NCBI RefSeq assembly: GCF_018977255.1
Contig: NW_024704742.1
Coordinates: 47,184,001-47,248,000, forward strand
Length of the DNA stretch: 64,000 nucleotides
Direction of reading: 5' to 3'
Source: Callorhinchus milii
Taxonomy: Eukaryota
This document shows positions 12,996-23,212 of this stretch, piece after piece. The stretch's first letter is position 1. Every line of letters begins with the position of its first letter. The notes under the pieces were generated by a model that was not told the DNA's origin, searched no databases, and worked only from the letters and a program-made list of their open reading frames with translations. The translations under genes and the position numbers were made by a program.

Positions 12996-15183
12996 ACAGC
13001 ACTAGTAGTAAAATGCTCATTAATATTAGAACTCAAATATTGATGTAACCTTTGGAAACTGCAATACCACTATGATCACAACTCAAAAAATATGACATAG
13101 TACTGTATCTTCAAAAGTTATATTTCATAGAATGTTTCGGCATTTCCTGTATTTCGGCATTATTCGTAACAGCTAAAATCTACCACTAATTTAGTGTCAG
13201 TTTACAATGCATATTTTTGACTTGCAAACAAAAAAATAAATTCGCTTCCCAGCACTTGTTCAGGTCTGACTGCACATTTTGATGAAAATGGGCCTTAATG
13301 CTATCTTTGCATTTAATGTGCACTTTCATAAAATATACATTTGCACATAATAACTATCAGCTGCTATACAGTTTGCTGCAGACATATGGTTACCTCTGCT
13401 TACTCTCTACCCATAGTGCAAAAACACTTTGCCCACTGTGAAGGCAAGATGATTTGCACGTTGCAGGATTTCAGAGTGAAGTTGTCTTTATTCGATTTGT
13501 TTATTTTTACCTAAATGGTACAGGGAAAGACTTTCTTTGCTTCATCTAAAGGTAATCAAGAAGAAAGTGAAGAGAGCCACAGTAGACGTATGGCAGCTGG
13601 TAACCATTATGTGCAAATATATATTATATGAAGGTCCACATTAAATGCAAACATTTTATTTGTTTGAACTCAGTGAGTATAAGTCCAGTACCCTAAGATT
13701 GGTAAAGGGAGAAGGACAAAATTGAAGTATGCAATCGACAATATGATTCAATGGGAATGTGTTCTGCAGAAGGAAACGGATATGTTACAATGGGTTAATC
13801 TCAGTACTTCCTCGACACTGGACTCCAAAAAAGTCAATTCATTCTGCTCTATGACAATATCAAATACAGCAGTGGTTCTGTTTCATGAAGAACTAGCAAG
13901 CTTGTTGAGTTAGCAATAATATTGGTGCAATGGGAGTCAGTGGAACTTAGGATTCTTCCCACTCAGCTCCTTTCAACTATGCAAGTTATAGCCCTAACAG
14001 ATAGGGCATCCCTAGCTGGCAAGCAGCAGAAAAGTTGCCAGATAATGTTCTCAATGACAAGCTGTGCCATTTTAACAGATTGTAGTCCAGCAGTATCCCA
14101 GCATACTCTCTGAGTTCCCAAAACATTGACTCTCATCAATCTGCACCTAGTATTCTGCAGAATTAGGAAAATAGGATGCATCCTCCCAGTGAGAGTGTGT
14201 ATTCCATTCCAATACATGGGAATTTTCATGTGTAGATTGAATGCACAGAACGCTCATTTTGGTTTGGATACTCTGAAGCAAGGTGATGAGTTTCTGCATG
14301 TATTAGACACATGGCTGACAAAAAAAATCCAACAGGCAACCAAGTGTAGAGAAGTGCAGTCTTTTTAAATTGCATTGAAAAACCAAGACACGCAATGACA
14401 CTAGAATGTGTGCGTACTGACTATTAGAGAAAGCGAACGAGATTCAAAGGGCTGCTGGAGTTACAACCCATCAAATTCTGGCACCTTTCAAAGTTGTGGT
14501 TTATGACTGGCTATAAATGTAATGCAAACTCTGGAATGAGATCATTGCATTATTTAATTACAATGTGAATGGAGCCATGCATGCCTCGGATTCAGCAAAG
14601 GTCACCTAGACATAAGGGAGATAAAGGTTTCAGTCGAACCCAAACCTTGCATCCTATCAGAAAGCTACTAATGATCAGCAACCAGTAATGATCTCCACAG
14701 TAACAACACAATGTGAATTCCAAATCATCAGAGACCAGGCGGTCAGTCAGTGCTTGACTCATAATTGCAAGTTATCTTATTGATTTGTGAGCAGTCAGGG
14801 TCTAATTCATTTTATTTCTAATTCCATTACTTCTTGAATCATCCCATTAATCTTCCTGAGCCACATAGCGTTGTAAATGTTCAGTTTACGTACAAGATTA
14901 CTTTTTAAGAAAGAACTGGCCTCAGTGCTGGAGGTTTGTGTGTTGATATTGGAATTGCAGAAAAGCAGCAGCCCATCACCTCAAAAAACTATACAGTCAA
15001 TCCACTTTACAGTGTATCCTTTGAAGTGCTTTGAGATGTCCTCCTGATGTGAAAGGTGCTAATACCAAATGTATTATTATTTGCACACAGCAATATACCA
15101 CAAACAGCCATGAAGTGGATAACTAATTGTATCTGGGGGACTGTTAGCTTGGACTCCGGAAGAAACTCCCTTCTCTTTTCTTT

Positions 15184-15500
15184 GTGGAGTCCTGTAGCTC
15201 AGCAGTTAGAGCACTTGCCTCACAAGTGAGAGAACTGGGTTCAATTCCCGGCAGGGCAAACCTTGGGCAAGTTTCCTTACTCCACACGCCTGATAATAAT
15301 CCCTCAAGAAAAAACAATAATAATAAAAAATTGGTCACTTCACTCCACGACTGTTTGTGGGACACTGCTGTGCGCAATTGGCTGCCACATTTCGCCCACA
15401 CATTATACGGTCAATTCACTTTACAGCAAATTCTGTGAAGCGCTTTGAGACGTCTCGAAGACATGATAAGGCTGAATATCAAATGCAAGTATCATTGTTA
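15184..15500 (+). mobile_element. Same SINE family, short form, inserted in an older opposite-strand SINE
   Basis: GTGGAGTCCTGTAGCTCAG head, core and tail all present. Confidence 0.9.
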
Positions 15501-16671
15501 TATCCACCTAAACAGGTAGATGGGACCTCAGTTTAACGTCATCCAAAGGTCAGCGCTACCAAGAATGGAACACACCCAAGCAGTGTAAAAAGTGCCATCC
15601 GAGATTATGTGAGTTCAAGGTCCTGTGTGGAGCTTAAACTCACAACCATGTAAGAGTGCTACCAACTGAGGCAGACTGACACAACTAGATTGTAACTCCT
15701 TGCTTTCATTGCAATGAAAACACTTTCATAAAGTCTTGCTCACACCTTCCAAATGTACAGCTGGAGCTCAAAGAAAGAAGCAGAAGCAAAAGTTTTTTTA
15801 AATTATAAATAATAAGCAAAAAAGATTTAAACGGATGAACAAAAGATTATGTAGAAAATGGTGAAAATAAAATTAATAAAAAGCGAAACCAGGTAAGAAA
15901 ATAGAAGGGATAACGGTCATCATCACCTGAATACTGATCAAGTCTTTAAAGTGTTATTTTAATTTAATTTTATGTTCACTGCATATATTTTAATGGTTTA
16001 AGTTAATCTTACAGTCTAACTGTAAGTTACTGCTGTGCGCAATTGCCTGCCAAGTTTCGCTTTATATAATTGTAATATTAGGACTTTTCCACCATTGTAT
16101 TCCGTAATCTCATGTACCAGTTTAGTTGGACACTTAAGGTCCCAAGGCACTATTGGAAACAGAAGGTAGTTTCTCCTGGTGTCCTGGCCAATAATCTCCC
16201 AAATAAAATCGGTCACTCACTTCATGGTTGTTTGTGAGACATTCCTGTGTGCAAATTGGCTGTTGTGCTCACCCACAAATAATACATATGCACTCCAGAT
16301 ACATTATATCTTGTGAAGCGATTTGATACACCCTCCTAACATGGAAGGATTATTACCATTATCATAAGTTGAAATGGTTCAAAACTGACCAGGCCATAGA
16401 GCCTGAATTGCCTGCAGACCTGTGGGTACTGAAATATAGTGCATATGATGACTAGGTGTATGACTAGACGGCTTTGAAAAAATAAACAGAGCGTGAGACC
16501 AAGGCAACGCATATCTGCACTGTTTATTTGCTCCTAAAACATACAACATAAACATGGCAAAAGAATTAATAGCCCAAATAGTGTGAGGACTATGAGCGCC
16601 ATCTGCTGGGATAAAGCTGTAATTATTTATTTTACCATCTTCTGAAATGTTGTGCACCATAGCACATAGAA

Positions 16672-16960
16672 CAATAATAATCCTTCCATTTGGTATAGCG
16701 CTTTTCACTTCTAGACGTCTCAAAGCGCTTCACAGAATATACTGTAAAGTGAATTGACTGTATATTTGGGGGCGAAACGCAGCAGCCAATTGCGCACAGC
16801 AGTGTCCCACAAACAGTTGTGGATTGAGTGACCAAATTATTATTTTTTTTTAAGGATTATTATCCCCGGAAAAGTGATCCGCCAATCGACTAACAACTGG
16901 GTTCCTACTTACTGCTAGGTAAACAGAGGCGTGTGGAGTAAGGAAACTTGCCCAACATTT
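16672..16960 (-). mobile_element. SINE long form, head truncated
   Basis: Matches 10946-11230. Confidence 0.88.
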
Positions 16961-19314
16961 CCTTAAATGCACGAAGGTCACTCCTTCTCATTACTTGAAT
17001 GTTAGAGCTTTATTCTCCTAACCAGTAAACAACATTTTCCTTGCGTGCTGAAAGTACCATCCTGCTTCTGTGATCCATACTCAGCACAATGCAAAAGTGT
17101 CGACACAAAAGAGCATAATTTGCCAAAAGCACAGAGACTACTTCCCTGAGGAAACCGTAGATATATTACCTTCTTAATTTCTAAGGAGTAAATTATGACC
17201 GGGTGTAAAGTACTAAGGATAGTTTATTATTCTGCAAATATGAAAAATGTGTATTGAATGCAGCTGCAAGCTAAAATGCGTTGCTCTGATTCACTGGTGA
17301 AATAAGACGTTCTTCAAGTTGAAACATTACAGGACTTTTAACTGAAAGCCTAGCCCTATTTAGGAAGATTTATGGCTGACAAACTGATCTCTTCAGGATG
17401 AAATGAATAGCAGTTCACGTGATATATTCTCATTCTGCACTTTTAATAAACTTTAATTCTAAAATGCAATTATAGCAACATGTGAACATTATAAATAGAT
17501 TGTGACAAGGGATGCAGTGAAACATAATTTGTTCCAATTTGCAGTAACTCTATGATTTAATTCCTTGCCAGTTATCGGATCTGAGCAATTTAAAATAATT
17601 CCGCTTCCTGCCACGTATCTTAGCAAAATCTTTTCTAATGTTGTAAAACAGTGCAGTAAATTATGTAAATATACGTTATTAATTTTTGCTGTATTGAAAT
17701 GGAGTTACAATAGATCAGGAGAATAAAACATAGTAAGCATCCTTATGATGCAGCCTCAAAGTAAAGCAAATTAATTATGAGTTTAAATCTTACAGATCAT
17801 GACACAGGATGAATTGAGTCTCTTTCTCAGAGAAAGAAAATATTTCTATCACCAATTATTGCAGATCTGCCTAATTCAGAGCATGGGATACCGCATGGAG
17901 ACTTACCAGTTAGCAACTTTATTTAATTATTTCAATGAAAGCCTTTGTGTAAATCTGCAAGAATCATCAGTTTTTGAATACCAGAACAAACATCTATGCA
18001 GCAGTCTATGGTACACAGAAAGGAGTTCAACCTGGTTCAGTGGTCAATGTTCTGACAACCAGTTTCACTTTCACCCACAGACCATTTACTTTGCAACATG
18101 AAAATAACATTTCAAATCCATTTTCCTCACTCATTTGTACTGTTTGTCACATTGTACAAAACTCAGTCTGCAGAATCCTCCAACCAAGATGTAAAATAAA
18201 CATCAGTTTCCTTCTGATTGACTCAATAGCTTACGATCACTCTCTCTTTAGCATACCACAGAGGGTACAGCCTGAAGCTGGGGCTCTTACATTTGCAGGT
18301 TCTGGTCTAATACATTCAACACTAAATTCCCAAACCTAATAAGAAGAGGCTTGGAGTACTGTACTACAATGATATCAAGAATTCACATTTAGCAGCAAAT
18401 GTGTATTCTTGACCACTACTGTGGTACGCCAAGCTAATGGTTCAGATGTTGACATTTTAACAGGTGACATTAACGCAAAATGGTACAACGAAGATCCATT
18501 AACACCTTATTGAAGAACATTTAAACATTAAATGGCACTATTGTTGAATTGTCAAATGGCAAATAATAATAATCCTTGAATTTGATATAGCGCCTTATCA
18601 CGTCTTTGAGACGCCTAAAAGCGCTTCACAGAATATACTGAAAGTGAATTGGCTGTGTATTTTGTGGCCGAAACGTAGCAGACAAGTGTCCCACAAACAG
18701 TCAAATTCAAAACACAAACAAATATGATTGGATCAGAAAGGCAACCCAGGTATCCTTAGCAGATAGATAAGATCTAGTGACTGCTATTATAATTCCAACA
18801 TATGCAATCTTTTCATAAAATATATTGCTGCATAGTCGTGGCTAGGTGTATTGTCATGTACAATAATGATGGGTATGGTCTTATCAATCTGTATTTATGT
18901 ATAGACACCAGTTCTGGTATCTGTTACTGTTATTTAGAGCAAATACAAATATCAAATATTTTGTGGAAGGTACAACATCATATACAATATCCATGTATAG
19001 AATAGTGGGGCTGACCCGTGGGTGATGAAGAATTGCCAGCTCGACTTACTGTGCACTTCAAAGCATAATATAATTACTAACTGATCATGGCTCAATTCAG
19101 GTCATTGTCTGGACTATCAGTACTGGGATAAACCTATTCAAAAGCTAGTGATTTTACTTGCAGCTAATATAGCCCCTGTAACTGAAACATTCCAAAGAAC
19201 TTCTTGACCAATTTCTGTCACGTGTAATGACTACTTGTGGCCATTTGTGCATTCTGAAGGACTGCCTCAGTTGGTAGCACTTTTGCCTTTGAGACAGAGG
19301 TTGTGACATATCAG

Positions 19315-20812
19315 TTGGACGGCCGTCATCACTCCTATCCTAAACAAACCCTCCCTGGACCTATCACTGCTCTCAAACTACAGCCCCATCTCCAACCTTC
19401 CTTTCCTCTCCAAGATCCTGGAACGAGTTGTTGCTTCGCAGCTTTGCTCCTTCCTCTCCCGCAACTCCCTTCACGAACCCCTCCAATTGAACTTCCATGC
19501 TGCCCAACAGCAAAGAAACAACGTTGGTCAAAGTGACAAATGACATTTTGTCCATCTGCAACCAGGGATCCCTCTGCCTCCTCGTCCTCCTTGACCTCTC
19601 TGCTGCCTTTGACACCATTGACCAGTCTATCCTCAATCACTACCTCTCCTCTCACCTCAACCTTCACGGCACTGTCCTTGACTGGTTCAGATCGTCCTTC
19701 TCACACATTCTCCACTTCATTTTCGCAAACAGTTTCTCCTCTAGCCCCCGCACTATCTCATGCAGCGTTCCTCAGGGCTCTGTCCTTGGTCCCTTCCTCT
19801 TCAATATCTATATGCTCCCTCTTGGTGACATCATCCGCAGACAAGGGGTCAACTTTCACATGTGTGCGGATGACACCCAACTCTACCTCTCTGCCTCCAC
19901 CCTTGATTCCAGAATGTCTGTCAGACATCAAGTCCTGGATGAGAACTAACTTTCTTCAGTTGAAAGTCAACAAGACTGAGGCTCTCCTGATTGGCTCCCA
20001 TCAGCGCCTTCTCACCTCAGGCTCTGATAGCATCACCATCCATGGTTGCACACTGCACCTTACTAAGCCAGTCCGAAACCTTGGGGTCTTCTTTGACTCT
20101 CAACTATTCTTCCTACCCCACATCCATGCCATGACCAGCTCTGCATTCCCCATCACTGCAACATCACCCGGCTCCGCCATCGTCTCACACCACAACCCGC
20201 CGAAATCCTCATACACGCATTCATTACATCGAAGCAAACTCCTTGCTTGTTGGCCTTCCCGACTCCTCCCTTCATAGGCTGTAGATCATCCAGAACTCTC
20301 AGGCCATGTCCTCTCCCGCACTATGCTCCATGACACTATCATTCCCATCCTCGCCCGACTCCACTGGCTTCCCATCACACAGTGGATACAGTTCAAGATC
20401 CTGGTCCTCAGCTTCAAAGCCCTCCATGATCTTGTTCCCCCCTACCTCTGTGACCTCCTAACCCCCTATCATCCTGTTCGCTCCCTCCACTCAGCGGGCT
20501 CCAGCCTGTTTCACGTTCCCCGCCTCGCTCGCTCCATCATTGGCAGGCGGGCCTTCTGCCACTCTGCCTCCACCCTCTAGAACTCCATCCTGCAGTCCCT
20601 CTACCTTGCCTCCTCCCTCGCCACCTTCAAGACCCATCTCAAGACTCTCTTCTTTGACTGTGCTTTCGATCACCTGGCATCCCTCCCTGCTCTCCATCCT
20701 CCTTCATTCCCAACCCCCAGCTCGGGTCCAAAACTCTGACTGTCCAGTACCTTGGGACATCCTCCTGACATGAAAGGCACTATCCAAATGTAATTTTGTA
20801 GTTGTCGTTGTT
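19315..20812 (+). mobile_element. L2-clade LINE RT fragment with 3' tail
   Basis: [29 protein letters not shown] and LHWLP motifs; tail TGGGACATCCTCCTGACATGAAAGG...(TTG)n. Confidence 0.93.
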
Positions 20813-21224
20813 GGACTTCAAGTTCAGAGTCTAGCCTGAAAATCTAATGCAGTGCTGGAGAAGTGCAACTTTGTCAGAAGTTCTGATTTTCAGTTGGGTC
20901 ATTAAACTGCGGTATTGTCCGCCTACTCAGGTGAATGTTAAAGATCCCATGACATTTTGAAAAAGAGAAGGGAATACCTCCTGGTGTCCTGGACAACACT
21001 TCTCCAGGTAAAATTAACCATTCACTTCATGGATGTTTGTGGGACATTGCTGTGCAAAAATTGGCTGCTGTAGTTTTCCTCCAAATACAGTTACTGCACT
21101 TTACAATAAATCCTATGAAGTGCTTTGGAACATTTCAATGACATGATAAGCCACTATATGAAATGCAAAGNTTTTTTTACAGCATAAATAGTTCTGCTAT
21201 CTTGATCAAAAACAGTGGATGATG

Positions 21225-21457
21225 GGTGATCCCCTGTCCTCTACCTCACTTTCTCCTTTATCTTCCTTGTCCTGCCTCCCCACCTCTCTGTTAGCCCTTA
21301 AAAGCCTCTCCCTCCCAACATGCTCCAGTTCTGACGAAGGGTCGTGTACCTGAAACGTTGATTCACTTTCTTTTCTCCATAGATGCTGCCTGACCTGCTG
21401 AGCGTTCCCAGCGACTTCTGTTTTTGTTTCAGATTTCCAGCATCTGCAGTATTTTCC
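21225..21457 (+). mobile_element. Penelope-like element terminal-repeat remnant containing a hammerhead-like motif
   Basis: CTGACGAAGGG...CCTGAAACGTT followed by AGATGCTGCCTGACCTGCTGAG, resembling a common shark repeat end as recalled. Confidence 0.6.
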
Positions 21458-21554
21458 GTTCTGCTATCTTGATACCTATCCAAACTATAATATGAATTCG
21501 CTCAGCTTTATGTATCTCTGGCGATCAATTGCAGGTTTGCATTAACAAAATCAA

Positions 21555-21765
21555 TGATAATAATAATTATTGCATTTGATATAGAGCCTTATCACATCTT
21601 CGAGACATCTCAAAGAGCTTCATAGAATATACTGTAAAGTGAATTGACTGTATATTTTGGGGGCGAAAGGCGGCAGCCAATTGTGCACAGCAGTGTCCCA
21701 CAAACAGTGGTGGATTGAGTGAACAATTTTACCCTCGGAAAAGCGATTTGCCAATCGACTAACAA
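21555..21765 (-). mobile_element. SINE long form, partial
   Basis: Core and tail match the family. Confidence 0.85.
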
Positions 21766-22649
21766 CCACTTGGTTACAACAAATGATTACATCACAATTC
21801 TAATTACAATACAATACAGTATGTGAACTCAAACCTTTCAACCTGAAACTTTTTCTCTGCCTCACAAAAACTAGAATTCTGAGATTTCTGGGTTACTTAG
21901 TAGAATTCAATGGCAAAATCTGTCAAAATATAATCAAATCATTACTATCATTTAAAGAGCAGCCAAATACTGTATGATCATCCATGCCATTTTTAAATTT
22001 AAACAAGTTTTCCAATGGCTCAGTTGCTAAAGCCATTGCCAAATATTGAAGCAATATTAAATTGCCTAATATTGAATTGCTCTTTGCTTGTTTCTTAATA
22101 CTGGGGTCACAGTATGATGCAACACTTTCCACAGAATAACTTGCCATATGCAAAGGTGGATATCACACGAGAACAGGATTATGCTTAATGGTATAATGCG
22201 AGGCAGTAGGTTTAATATTCTGGAAGGATGAGTTCAAATACGCAAAGAGTTTGCTCACATAGTTGTTTGTCGAAACCACGTTTGATTTAAAATTGCTCGT
22301 GATTCAATTTTACCAATCAGTATTCCGATGACGCATCATTCTGGTCCTGGATGCTGATCGTAACATCCGAATGAAACTTTTAGAAGGTGGAACTCCAGTC
22401 CATCCCGTCTCCTGACTTTACAGTTGAATATCCAAATCCACATCCAAAGTCAGGAGAATGATTAGCAGGAAGGTAGCCAGCAAAGCAATTTTTTTTGTGC
22501 ATGTGTGTGTGTGCTACATTTTCTGATCATTATACCTCCACACCCATCACACCACCACACCCCGACATGATAAGTTGCTGTATCAAATGCACCGACTGTC
22601 ATAACATGGGGAGGGAGGGAAGGAGGGAGGGAGGGAGCCAAGCAGTCAG

Positions 22650-22862
22650 CAATAATAATCCCTCCAAAAACCCCAAACAATAATAAATTGGTCATTTTCA
22701 ATCTACGACTGTCTGTGGGGCATTGCTGTGCGCAATTGGCCGCCGCGTTCGCCCACAAAATATACAGTCAATTCACTTTACAGTGTGTTCTGTGAAGCGC
22801 TTTGGGACGTCCTCCCGACGTGAAAAGCGCTATATCAAATGCAAGGATTATTATTATCATTA
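22650..22862 (+). mobile_element. Same SINE, 5'-truncated young copy just upstream of the PGM2 promoter
   Basis: Near-identical to the 3' two-thirds of 40017-40331. Confidence 0.92.
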
Positions 22863-22949
22863 TAATGCAATGGGCATTCAGCCAAGTGCACTGCGCACAC
22901 CTCACTGACTGTTCACTCACTCACTCACTCACTGCTGATGCCATCTGAC

Positions 22950-23149
22950 AAGTGACCCAGTCCCGGGGGGGTGGGGGGAGCAGCTGATTGGTCCAGGGCC
23001 CAAATGGGCGGGGCGCATTTCGCGCCCCGCCCATTTGGGCCCTGGACCAATCGGGGCTGTGATTGGCCGAGCGGGCGGAGGGGCGGGGCGGGTCACTGTC
23101 ACTGTCGCATCTCGCTCCGCGCGCCGCGGCGGTTGGAGGATCCGGACGT
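22950..23149 (+). promoter_or_regulatory. CpG-island, TATA-less promoter of PGM2 with three CCAAT/ATTGG boxes, several GC boxes and a TTTCGCGC (E2F-type) site
   Basis: CpG-dense stretch; ATTGG at 22987 and 23062; CCAAT at 23047; GGGCGG repeats; directly upstream of the ATG. Confidence 0.8.
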
Positions 23150-23212
23150 ATGGCGGTGAGCGGAGACCCGCGGCTGAGCCAAGCCGTCAGCCAGTGGCTG
23201 CAGTGGGACAAG
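23150..23212 (+). CDS. PGM2: PGM2 exon 1 ([21 protein letters not shown])
   Basis: ATG in a CpG island; matches the PGM2 N-terminal RLxQxxxQWLxWDK; donor AAG|GTGAG. Confidence 0.92.

Noticed and set aside
21171..21171. Single N base
   Set aside because: Assembly ambiguity beside a T-run, not biological.
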